Assembly: GCA_037137755.1 (NCBI GenBank)
Contig: JBAXJR010000010.1
Location: 1-60,919 of the forward strand
Origin: Methanomicrobiales archaeon
GTDB lineage: Archaea; Halobacteriota; Methanomicrobia; Methanomicrobiales; Methanospirillaceae
Reading direction: 5' to 3'
Length of the DNA: 60,919 bases
In this document: positions 47,932-57,319 of the stretch, piece after piece
Layout: every line of letters begins with the position of its first letter
How positions within the stretch are numbered: position 1 is the first letter of the stretch
Made by a program: the position numbers and the translations under genes
Notes under the pieces: generated by a model
What the model saw: the letters and a program-made list of their open reading frames with translations, nothing else
What the model was told of the DNA's origin: nothing
Database searches by the model: none

Positions 47932-49566
47932 ATGCTCTTCCGGGAATTTTCTGCCATCTGTGAACAACTTGAGGGAATTTCGGGTCGTCTCGAGATGATC
48001 GACCTGATCAGCCGGCGGCTCCCGTCACTTTCAGACGAGGAACTGCCGGTCTTCGTGCGGTTCATCATGGGCCGCATATTCCCGGACTGGAGCCCGCTGA
48101 AGCTTGGTATTGGTCCGAACCTCCTCTACGAAGGGGTCGCGTATGTTGTTGGTACAAAGAAGGAATCGGTTATTGAGACCATCAACAGGACAGGCGAAGC
48201 AGGAAAGGCAGTAGAGCTCCTCCTCGCGGGGAAAGAGCAGACGTCCTTTTTTTCCGAAGAACTCGATCTTGTCACGGTCTATTATGAGTTCGAAAAGATC
48301 GCGGATACCGGGGGCAAGAAATCGCAACGGGAAAAACTGCTGGGCGTCCGGAAGCTCCTTGCAAATGCCACGCCCCTTGAGGGTCGTTACCTGGCCCGGA
48401 TCATGCTTGAAGACCTGCGGATTGGTGTCGGGGAGGGAAATATCAGGGAGGCTGTTGCCAGGGCATTCGGGATTGATTCCGCGATTGTTGAACATGCGGT
48501 GCAGGCCTTAAACGACCTTGGGTATGTGGCGCAACTCGCAAGGACCGGGGAGGCAGCCCTCCGGGACGTCCATATATCCCCGTTCCACCCGGTGAAGATG
48601 ATGCTCGCCCAGCAGGGGTCAATCGTATCAGCAATCGTGGAAAACGGGACAATCGCAGCAGAATATAAATATGACGGGAGCAGGTTCCAGTTTCACCGGC
48701 AGGGCGGGATATCAAAATTATATTCCCGGAAGCTTGAGGATGTGACAAATGCCCTTCCAGATGTGATCGCCATCCTCAACGGGTCAACGACCGGTGATAT
48801 CATCCTCGACGGGGAGGTAATTGCAATAAAGGATGGAAAACCTCTCCCGTTCCAGGCAGTCCTCCGCCGTTTCCGCAGGAAACACGGGATTTCAGAAATG
48901 CAGGAGGAGGTAAAGCTCATCCCGAATGTATTCGATATCCTCTATCTGGACGGTGAGACCCTGATCGACCTCCCGTTATCAGAACGGAGGAAACGGCTTG
49001 AAACGGCGGTCACCCTGCATGTGGCACCGCAGCTCGTAAGCGATGACCCGGTGGTTGTTGAAGAGTTCTACCATGCGGCCCTGGACGCGGGACACGAGGG
49101 GATTATGATCAAGGCACCGGGATCCCCGTATACTCCAGGGATGAGGGGGAAGAACTGGCTGAAGGTCAAGCCTGAAGTGGACACCCTTGACCTTGCCGTG
49201 GTCGGTGCCGAATGGGGGGAGGGAAAACGGGCCCATTATTTTGGTTCCTTCCTCCTCGCATGCCAGGAGAATGGTGAGCTCATCACCCTCTCGAAAGTAG
49301 CTACCGGTTTTTCTGAGGAGCAGCTTGCAGAGGTATATGACCTCCTCCATGACCGGATCATCACCCAGTCCGGAAAAGAGGTGCGTTTTGAACCTGAACT
49401 TGTCTTTGAGGTCGGGTATTCAGAGCTCCAGCTCAGCCCCAACTACCCGGCGGGATTTGCACTGCGTTTCCCCCGGTTTGTCCGGATCAGGGACGACAAA
49501 GACATCACGGAAATAGAATCACTTGGAAGTATAAGGGAACGGTACCAGCGGCAGCCAAACAGTTAA
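47932..49566 (+). CDS. lig: ATP-dependent DNA ligase
   Basis: EYKYDGSR (motif I), ILDGE, EGIMIK, WLKVK and LRFPRF. Confidence 0.97.
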   Translation: MLFREFSAICEQLEGISGRLEMIDLISRRLPSLSDEELPVFVRFIMGRIFPDWSPLKLGIGPNLLYEGVAYVVGTKKESVIETINRTGEAGKAVELLLAGKEQTSFFSEELDLVTVYYEFEKIADTGGKKSQREKLLGVRKLLANATPLEGRYLARIMLEDLRIGVGEGNIREAVARAFGIDSAIVEHAVQALNDLGYVAQLARTGEAALRDVHISPFHPVKMMLAQQGSIVSAIVENGTIAAEYKYDGSRFQFHRQGGISKLYSRKLEDVTNALPDVIAILNGSTTGDIILDGEVIAIKDGKPLPFQAVLRRFRRKHGISEMQEEVKLIPNVFDILYLDGETLIDLPLSERRKRLETAVTLHVAPQLVSDDPVVVEEFYHAALDAGHEGIMIKAPGSPYTPGMRGKNWLKVKPEVDTLDLAVVGAEWGEGKRAHYFGSFLLACQENGELITLSKVATGFSEEQLAEVYDLLHDRIITQSGKEVRFEPELVFEVGYSELQLSPNYPAGFALRFPRFVRIRDDKDITEIESLGSIRERYQRQPNS

Positions 49567-49625
49567 AGGATGGGTTTTTTTATATCGGGGAGGGCACGGA
49601 ATTTCCGTGGGGTAAAGGATCCATT

Positions 49626-50774
49626 TCAGGGCCTGAAATCAAACAATGTCCTCTGGTTACGTATTTCTGGTAGAAGGGTGCTGTAGCCTTCCCAACCTCT
49701 AAACCCTGATGCCATTCCCGCCATCATTACCGCCTGGCCGACGGTCTCACAGAGAATGCCCGGGTGCTTCATGGCACCCCTCGTTGCTTCCCTGATCACC
49801 CAGGTCCCAAGCGGTGCCCAGTACTCAGCTGAAACACTCCTGATAACGATAACTCTCGCACACTGCCTGGTCGCTTCCAGGTACTCGGTTACGGCGAGCC
49901 TTGCAGAATAATAGGCACCACTTATCGGGGAATATCCCTTCTTCTTCATCCCTTCCCGGTCAACGGTGATACTGTCCGACTCCCCTGACCAGAGGCTCTG
50001 CGGTTCCCACCGTTCAATCATCTCGTAACGCCAGTCACCCGGCAGTAACACCACGACGATCCGGTTGGCATAGAGTTCATGCGAGAATACACGGATATGA
50101 TCAATTGGCGTGTAACGCGCGATCTTTTGTTTCAGTGCAGACGAGACAGAGTCGTCAACCGCTGTGATCGACCATCGCGTCGGGACGACCTTCCGTCGCC
50201 TGCCGATTAATCCCCCGGACATCAGGTGGCTGATCTGGTACACATCTATCCCTGACTGGTGGAGTTCGGAGCAGGCACCATTCGCCCCGAGGTCAGTATC
50301 AGAGGTGACCCGGTCAACGGAAGGATCGACTTTCGGGTTATCAATCACCTTCATCTTCTCAAGACTGCCGGACAGCCCGACCGGAGCAACCGTGCCGTCA
50401 AACGTCAGGTCAAATGAGACCGGGCGGGTAAACCGGACTTCAACATCAAGCGGGACACTAGAAATCGCCAGTTCCTGGAGAGCCGGAAGGTAAGAGATAA
50501 CCGGGGATATTCCCCTGATTGTACGGGCCCTGATATCCACGATATCATCAATCCCAAGCCCTGATGCTACCCATGACGGGGGGTTATCCGCATCGTTTAT
50601 CATGAGAGGACCCCCGGTAACCCTCGGGTACCCGTGCGACCCGATGAAAAGTGAAGGTGAAGACCCCATGAACTCCTGCCGGGGAGCGGTCCGGACCTGG
50701 GCATGGAACCGTTTCATAACCGGACACTGGGGGAGACCACACATCCCCTTACCCTTACAGGTCGCGCACATCAT
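49626..50774 (-). CDS. nreA: Nre-family archaeal DNA repair protein
   Basis: CATCKG..CG...CP, VPTRWSITAVD, GAYYSARLAV, PLGTWVIRE and C-terminal PIP box QRTLFDF. Confidence 0.92.
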   Translation of the reverse strand: MMCATCKGKGMCGLPQCPVMKRFHAQVRTAPRQEFMGSSPSLFIGSHGYPRVTGGPLMINDADNPPSWVASGLGIDDIVDIRARTIRGISPVISYLPALQELAISSVPLDVEVRFTRPVSFDLTFDGTVAPVGLSGSLEKMKVIDNPKVDPSVDRVTSDTDLGANGACSELHQSGIDVYQISHLMSGGLIGRRRKVVPTRWSITAVDDSVSSALKQKIARYTPIDHIRVFSHELYANRIVVVLLPGDWRYEMIERWEPQSLWSGESDSITVDREGMKKKGYSPISGAYYSARLAVTEYLEATRQCARVIVIRSVSAEYWAPLGTWVIREATRGAMKHPGILCETVGQAVMMAGMASGFRGWEGYSTLLPEIRNQRTLFDFRP

Positions 50775-51820
50775 CGGGGGTAGTCCTCCGGGTACACAAC
50801 AGTCCCGCGGTCACCAATCGCAGATACCTGGGCTTTGACCCATGTATCCCATTGAATGGGTCCCATAGGAATGTTTTTGGCTAGTTCACGGCCAAGATCA
50901 TCATCACTGCCGGACTTCACCATTACCACGACTGAGCCCGGCGCAAATAGTGGGGTTATTATCCCGTCTGCATCACCATCGACAATCCCGAACACCGGGA
51001 CACCCCGGTGCACACAGATATGCCCGCAGACCGAGGTGGTGTCGTCACCAATGGCGAGCACGCCCACGACGTCGTCATGCAGGTCCTGGTACAGTCCATG
51101 ACCGCAATGGTCTATTACAATCACGCGGCCTTTCGCCATACATCTTTGTATCTCAAACAGGTCACCAGGATTCCGGTGCCTGACGACACCGCTCTTACAC
51201 CATGCCCTGGCAGGTGACACCGGTCCGAGACGGGCAAGTTTCTCAAATCCATGGGGTTTCGGACGCAACCCGGATACCGGTTCGATTCCGCCTTCCCTCC
51301 CCCGGATTACGACCGTAGCGGCGGTGGCAGTCCCGATTACGAGCCCGTTCACAAAGACCGGTTCTCCGGGGATGCACCCGCGTATCTCCCGCAGACCTGC
51401 CACCTCCATGTCCGGGATAGCATTGCACCGCTCGACCGGAAAGCCGGTTGCACGGGATAAAAAACCTGCCAGCAGAAGGTCTGCATTATTCCATGCATAG
51501 ATCGTCCGGTCACTACATTCGAGATGGACCAGTCCTGCCGGGAGGAGTCGCCCCGCAATAATCCGGCCAAAAATACTCCCGGATTCCCGGGTCTTGCCAC
51601 AGTTTGCAAGAAATGCAGGACACTCCAGGTCACGGAGGACATATGAAGGCGGCAGCCCGGCGAATTCAAGGGGGAGACCAGATTCCTCGGCGGCAGTCCG
51701 GGCCATGATCCCTGAAACAATTGTCCTTGCGGGCCTGACGTTCTCTATCAGCCACCGGACGTAGCCGAGGTCAAAAATGTCAGGGCCGTGTACGACCATC
51801 ACAGGGGGAATTGTCAGCAC
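50771..51820 (-). CDS. DUF2117-family methanogen protein
   Basis: VVHGP.IFD.G, GIMARTAA, GEPVFVNG and IGDDTT...GIVDGD.D. Confidence 0.75.
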   Translation of the reverse strand: MLTIPPVMVVHGPDIFDLGYVRWLIENVRPARTIVSGIMARTAAEESGLPLEFAGLPPSYVLRDLECPAFLANCGKTRESGSIFGRIIAGRLLPAGLVHLECSDRTIYAWNNADLLLAGFLSRATGFPVERCNAIPDMEVAGLREIRGCIPGEPVFVNGLVIGTATAATVVIRGREGGIEPVSGLRPKPHGFEKLARLGPVSPARAWCKSGVVRHRNPGDLFEIQRCMAKGRVIVIDHCGHGLYQDLHDDVVGVLAIGDDTTSVCGHICVHRGVPVFGIVDGDADGIITPLFAPGSVVVMVKSGSDDDLGRELAKNIPMGPIQWDTWVKAQVSAIGDRGTVVYPEDYPR

Positions 51821-51988
51821 TGCGGTTCACCACCAGGTGACGTTGTACAGGTATTCGTTTCCCTGTATCATTACCCTCCCGGATCAGCCGCAAGGGTCAG
51901 GGGGGGAAGTACTATTCCCGACAACAAAAGCAATAATCACATGCAGGTCAACCTACTATAGTAATTTATTCCCAGGTTTTGCGAGACT

Positions 51989-53221
51989 ATGATGACAGAA
52001 TGGAACGATCGAAGGGTACTGATCACCGGGGCAGGAGGGTTTGCAGGCCCGTACCTCGCCCGCTTCCTCCTCGACCAGGGTGCCCTTGTCCATGGTCTGG
52101 TGAGAAAACCCATTAACGATGACCTCCGCCCGGATACGGCAGGGTCAATTGGTGCCTCCGGGATGATACAGGTCGTTGGTGACCTTGGTAATCCCGGGAG
52201 CCTGGAACATGCAATTGAAACAGCGGACCCGGAAGTAGTCTTTCACCTTGCTGCACAGTCCTCTGTAGCGAAGTCGTTTACCGATCCACTCGGAACGATG
52301 CAGACCAATTGTATCGGGACCAATAACCTCCTTGAAGCGGTCAGGAACGGTGATGGTGACCCGGTTGTTGTGTTTGCCGGCTCTTCAGATGAATACGGGC
52401 TGGTGGTGAGTTCATCACAACAATATGAGCAACTGAAGAAGCACTATGGAATAATCTTCCCGGAACCAAAAATCCCCGAAGTTCCAATTTCGGAAACAAA
52501 CCCGCTCAGGCCAATGTCCCCCTACGCGGTAAGCAAGGTCTTCGGGGACCACCTGACAAGGAACTATTTTCACAGTTATGGCGTTAAAACGGTTGTTTCA
52601 CGTACATTCAACCACGAAGGTGCAGGCCGCGGGGTAATGTTTGTGACCGCAGTTATCGCACGACAGGTCGCGAGACTGGTGGCAGGAGAAACCGGTTCAC
52701 TCTCGATTGGCAATGTCAACGCCTTCCGTGACTGGTCCCATATCGACGACGTCATCCGTGGTTACTGTATTCTTGCAGGAAAAGGAGCATATGGTGATGT
52801 CTATAACCTCGGTACAATGCGGACGACATCGGTGTTTTCGTACCTTCTCATGAGTCTCGAGGCTGCAGGATTTCAGGTGCAACAGGTCGAAACATCGAAT
52901 GGCGGTAAGGTGATTACAGACCCGACAAAAAACGATACCACATCCATGTTTGGTATCCCGTTCCGGAAGACAAAACTAGACAGGATGCTCCTTTCCGGGG
53001 AGGTGGAATACCTGCTTGAAGATGGCGGGATCACGATCCGGACCGCAAAAGGGACCATCCCTGTTGTGTTCGACCCGGCGAAATTCCGGCCCGCAGAAGT
53101 GCCGATCCTACTTGCGGATACCCGGAAAATTGAAAAGATTGGGTTTGGAGCATCCTGCACGGTCGAGGATATTATCAGGGACCAGCTCGCATTTTTTTCA
53201 GACCCTGCATACAGGGAATGA
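51989..53221 (+). CDS. GDP-mannose 4,6-dehydratase-like extended SDR
   Basis: ITGAGGFAG, HLAAQSSV, GSSDEYG, SPYAVSK, FNHEG, RDWS and RPAEV. Confidence 0.85.
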   Translation: MMTEWNDRRVLITGAGGFAGPYLARFLLDQGALVHGLVRKPINDDLRPDTAGSIGASGMIQVVGDLGNPGSLEHAIETADPEVVFHLAAQSSVAKSFTDPLGTMQTNCIGTNNLLEAVRNGDGDPVVVFAGSSDEYGLVVSSSQQYEQLKKHYGIIFPEPKIPEVPISETNPLRPMSPYAVSKVFGDHLTRNYFHSYGVKTVVSRTFNHEGAGRGVMFVTAVIARQVARLVAGETGSLSIGNVNAFRDWSHIDDVIRGYCILAGKGAYGDVYNLGTMRTTSVFSYLLMSLEAAGFQVQQVETSNGGKVITDPTKNDTTSMFGIPFRKTKLDRMLLSGEVEYLLEDGGITIRTAKGTIPVVFDPAKFRPAEVPILLADTRKIEKIGFGASCTVEDIIRDQLAFFSDPAYRE

Positions 53222-53223
53222 CG

Positions 53224-54594
53224 TCACGACCGCAGGTAGCGGTCATTGAACCGGATGATATCGTCTTCCTCGAGGTACTCACCGATCTGGACTTCGATCA
53301 CCTCGAGGGGGATCTTTCCTGAATTTCCCAACCGGTGTTTCGTTCCTTCTGATACATAGGTGCTCTCCCCCCGTTTGAACTGGTACTCCTTCCCGTCAAG
53401 ATGGACATCGGCCATCCCGCTCACGACAATCCAGTGCTCGCTCCGGTGGAGGTGTTTCTGGAGGGATAGTTGTTCACCGGGCTTCACGGTGAGCCGTTTG
53501 ATCCGGAAAAACCGGGACCGTTCAAGCTCGATATACGACCCCCATGGCCGTTGTACCTGCAGGGGGTAATCAACTACCGGGTCACCTTTATCCCGAAGGC
53601 GCCGAACCATCTCGTTGACCCTGCCACTCTGTACTGTATCCGCAACGAGGAGGGCATCCCCCGTATCAACGACAACGAGGTCCTTCACCCCGATGAGTGC
53701 GACTTTCCTTCCCGGAGCAGAGACAAAATTACCCGTTGCGTCGAGGTATTCAGCCTCACCGGTATTCCCGCAGGCATCATGATCACGGTACTCGTACCAT
53801 GCCTGGAATGTCCCGAGGTCAGTCCATGGTGCCCTGAGCGGTACTACTGCCACCTGCCCGGATTTTTCAAGAAGGCCATAATCAATGGAGAGGGAGGGAA
53901 GTCCCTGGTAATCAGGGGTGTCATGTTCAAATGCCGTGAGAAATTCAGGCTGGTACCTCGCAAGCTCCTGGAAGAACAGGTTCGTCGAAAATAAGAACAT
54001 CCCGCTATTCCAGAGATACCCTGATGCCAGGTACTGTTCAGCAGTAGGGAGGTCCGGTTTTTCTTTGAATTCTAAAACCCGGGAGCCTGCGGAAAGAGGG
54101 GTACCTTGTGCGATGTAACCGTACCCGGTATTCGGGTGGGTGGGGGGAATACCAAAGAGGACCAGGTAGTCACTTGCAATTCCTGCTGCCTCTTTTATCT
54201 CATCCGTTGCAGAATCCCCGAGTTTGTGGTCGCTTGGAAAAATGACCACATCTGACTCGCCAAACCGCTTCCGGATCTCGGACATCGCCCAGGTAATCGC
54301 CGGAAGGGTATTCTTACCAACCGGTTCTTTGAGGACCTGGTCTTCCGAAAGGACATGGCCAAGCTCCTCGATCTGGTTCCGGACGAGGAACTGGTGGACC
54401 TCGTTGGTGACGATTATGATATCACCGGGGGCAGATAAGCGGAGGGCACGGAGAAACGTCTCCTGGAACAGGGAATACCCTTCAATTTTAAGGAATTGCT
54501 TGGGCTGGTACGTCCGCGAAAGAGGCCACAGCCTTGTACCGACTCCTCCTGCAAGTATCACGGATTTGAGAGAACTCATCGTTATTCGTGCCAA
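53224..54594 (-). CDS. manC: Mannose-1-phosphate guanylyltransferase / mannose-6-phosphate isomerase
   Basis: LAGGVGTRLWPLSR, PKQFL, EPVGKNT, WNSGMF and cupin RPWG...SLQKH.HRSEHW. Confidence 0.95.
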   Translation of the reverse strand: MARITMSSLKSVILAGGVGTRLWPLSRTYQPKQFLKIEGYSLFQETFLRALRLSAPGDIIIVTNEVHQFLVRNQIEELGHVLSEDQVLKEPVGKNTLPAITWAMSEIRKRFGESDVVIFPSDHKLGDSATDEIKEAAGIASDYLVLFGIPPTHPNTGYGYIAQGTPLSAGSRVLEFKEKPDLPTAEQYLASGYLWNSGMFLFSTNLFFQELARYQPEFLTAFEHDTPDYQGLPSLSIDYGLLEKSGQVAVVPLRAPWTDLGTFQAWYEYRDHDACGNTGEAEYLDATGNFVSAPGRKVALIGVKDLVVVDTGDALLVADTVQSGRVNEMVRRLRDKGDPVVDYPLQVQRPWGSYIELERSRFFRIKRLTVKPGEQLSLQKHLHRSEHWIVVSGMADVHLDGKEYQFKRGESTYVSEGTKHRLGNSGKIPLEVIEVQIGEYLEEDDIIRFNDRYLRS

Positions 54595-54724
54595 GTGTTA
54601 GAGATTATTCTCTCTTATCTGTTCCTGTCCTTTCCGGCTGATTAAAAAAAGCGATTGGACGGGTAGCATGATACTCCGGTTCATAATCACGCACGGGGAA
54701 GGGGTTAGAGACCGTGCCTGGTTA

Positions 54725-57151
54725 TTACGGGGAGTCGGCTTTCTGCACCGCTTTTAAGGTAAATATCATCACCGCACCCTCTGAAGGTTCGTTTGCCACA
54801 CGGTCGTTCACCTTGATCTTTCCACCGTAGCGGTCAAGGAGCATCTTTACAATATACAGGCCCAGCCCCTTCGCATTTCCCCTCGAGGAGCCTTTTGACG
54901 AATTGATAAATAATTTCGGCTTCAGCAGGTCAGGGATCCCCGGGCCATTATCTGCAACCGTTACCGTTATCGTTTCCCCCGTTTGCTTTGCCTGGACCCA
55001 TATCGTGACAAACGGCCCCCCGAATGTCACCGAATTGCTGATAAGGTTCGCAAAAATTTCCGACAGGAGGTCATCTGCCATGACCAGGATGCCGGTTTTT
55101 TCATAAAACAGGGCAACACCCCTGTTTCTGAGCGATTCCGTCCTTATTATGGCATCAAGGTCTACCGGGGCAAGTTCAGTCGTTTTTTCCCTGATTCGCC
55201 GGATCAGTGTTACTTTCCGGATTATCTCGATACTCTCTTCTATCCCTTTCCGGGTGGTAATCGCATATTCTTTCAGTTTCCCGTTGAGCATCTCGGTCAG
55301 GATATCAATATACCCGAACGAGCGTGTATTCGCATCGTTGATATCATGGACAAGGATATCGAGGTACAGGTTGGCTTCTTCGTGGAGCCGTTTCAGCTCC
55401 GCGTGGAGTGTGGCCTCTTCAATTACCCTCCCGATTTTTTCCCCGAGCGCTTCAAGGATTGCCTTATCGGTTTCATCGAGGGTATCGTTCTGCATCCGTC
55501 CCACAAAAATAATGCCTGCAACCTTCGAATCGGTCCGAATCGGCACGGCAGCCGCAGATTTCAACCCGGTGTCCACCAGGTCATGCAGCATACCGGGTCC
55601 TTCAAAATAGAGGGCACGACGATGGAATAACAGTGGTGCGAAATCCTCGTTATCTATTCGGATCGAATGGAATTGTGTGGAAAACAATTCATGAACGGGT
55701 TTTCCGCAACTATACCGGCATTCAAATTCCCTCCTGTGGGGATCGTACACGAATACGGCTGCGAGATCGAACCCGAGGTGCTTCAAAAGACGGTCCATGC
55801 TCTTCCGGAAAATAACCGGGAACGGCTGCGTGGGCGAAATAATGGTAACGATATCATTAATCACGGCAAGCTGGTGGGCTTGCTGTTTGATCTCAGATTC
55901 ACGCAGTTTTCGTTCGGTCGTATCAATGATAAACCCTTCAAGCGCGAGAAAATTATCTTCCGTATCGAAAACACCACAACCCTGCTCCCATACCCACTTT
56001 TCGCTACCATCGGCGCATATAATACGATAGGTAAGTGTAAAGGGGCGTTTCAGCTCAATTGCCTTCTGAACGCTGCTCCAGACCATATCACGGTCTTCCG
56101 GGTGGATCAGGTCTCCACTGAAACTGTTGCACCCGGTTAACTCCTCAGGGTTATATCCGGTCAGTAAGAAGCACCCATCGCTGACAAATTCCATCGGCCA
56201 GTCAGACCTGTTCTGGCACCGGTATGCCATACCGGGAAGATTGGAGAGGAGGGTTGCCAGCATTCTACGGCTCTCCTCAAGGGCTTTCTCTGTTTTTTTC
56301 CGTTCGGTAATCTCTTCCTGGAGGTTCCTCGTGCGGTCATCCACGCGGGCCTCGAGTTCCTCGTTAAGCCGCTTTAATGCTTCTTCCGCCCGTTTCCTGA
56401 TAGTGATATCACGGGTAATTGAAAGGACTGCCGGCTGACCCTCGTACTGGATAAGCCGGCTGGACAACTCAATAGGAATGACAGACCCGTCCCTGCGGAT
56501 ATGGGCTCCCTCAAAAAAGAGGTGTTTCTCAATAAGAAGTTCCTGGATTTTTCCTTTCACCATTGCTGCATAATCCGGGGATTCAATGTCCATCAGGGAC
56601 ATCTGCAGGAGTTCGTCACGTGAATACCCGAGCCGTTCAGAGGTCACCCGGTTTACCTCGAGGATCCGGGCATCAAGGTCATGGATGATGATGCCGTCGC
56701 TTGCATTGTCAAAAAGAGTCCTGAATTTTTCTTCAGACAGTATCAGCGATGCTTCCGTCTGCCGTTTTTCCTCCCTCAGCCGCTTTTCTTCGATTGCATG
56801 GGAAACTGCAATCCCAAGGCGGGCCATCCGGTCTTTCAGGAGGTAATCGGATGCACCCTGTTTCATGCATTCGATCGCAGTTTCATCACCGATAGCCCCG
56901 GTTACTACGATAAACGGAATATCAAACCCTTTCTCCTGGAGAAGGGCCAGTGCAAGGAGCGCATCGAACTGGGGCATCGAGTAATCTGCCAGGATTACCT
57001 CGAGTGATGGATCGAGATAGGCAAGGAAATCTTCTCTTGTCTCCACGCGCCGGAAGATCGGGTCATAGTCAGCCTTCTTTAGTTCATGGAGCATCAGTTC
57101 TGCATCGGATGGCCGGTCTTCGAGGATTAACATTCTCAGAGGGATTGACAT
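54725..57151 (-). CDS. Hybrid REC-PAS-PAS-GAF-histidine kinase
   Basis: N-terminal receiver (LEDRPSD, LADYSMP, GASDYLLK), two PAS domains, GAF, H-box VHDIND, NLISNS, DNGPGI and GLGL. Confidence 0.92.
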   Translation of the reverse strand: MSIPLRMLILEDRPSDAELMLHELKKADYDPIFRRVETREDFLAYLDPSLEVILADYSMPQFDALLALALLQEKGFDIPFIVVTGAIGDETAIECMKQGASDYLLKDRMARLGIAVSHAIEEKRLREEKRQTEASLILSEEKFRTLFDNASDGIIIHDLDARILEVNRVTSERLGYSRDELLQMSLMDIESPDYAAMVKGKIQELLIEKHLFFEGAHIRRDGSVIPIELSSRLIQYEGQPAVLSITRDITIRKRAEEALKRLNEELEARVDDRTRNLQEEITERKKTEKALEESRRMLATLLSNLPGMAYRCQNRSDWPMEFVSDGCFLLTGYNPEELTGCNSFSGDLIHPEDRDMVWSSVQKAIELKRPFTLTYRIICADGSEKWVWEQGCGVFDTEDNFLALEGFIIDTTERKLRESEIKQQAHQLAVINDIVTIISPTQPFPVIFRKSMDRLLKHLGFDLAAVFVYDPHRREFECRYSCGKPVHELFSTQFHSIRIDNEDFAPLLFHRRALYFEGPGMLHDLVDTGLKSAAAVPIRTDSKVAGIIFVGRMQNDTLDETDKAILEALGEKIGRVIEEATLHAELKRLHEEANLYLDILVHDINDANTRSFGYIDILTEMLNGKLKEYAITTRKGIEESIEIIRKVTLIRRIREKTTELAPVDLDAIIRTESLRNRGVALFYEKTGILVMADDLLSEIFANLISNSVTFGGPFVTIWVQAKQTGETITVTVADNGPGIPDLLKPKLFINSSKGSSRGNAKGLGLYIVKMLLDRYGGKIKVNDRVANEPSEGAVMIFTLKAVQKADSP

Positions 57152-57319
57152 GGCAGCGTACCTGGTATGGATGGTGCGAATAGGCTGGTGAAATTTGATA
57201 GCTCATGGAGTCCGGGATCACATAAACCTGTGAGCAAACGTAAGGCGGCTTTCGGTATGATGCGAATGGCAGGCATTTCCGTTGACCACATCATGGTCCC
57301 ACACAGGTACCGGGGGAGA

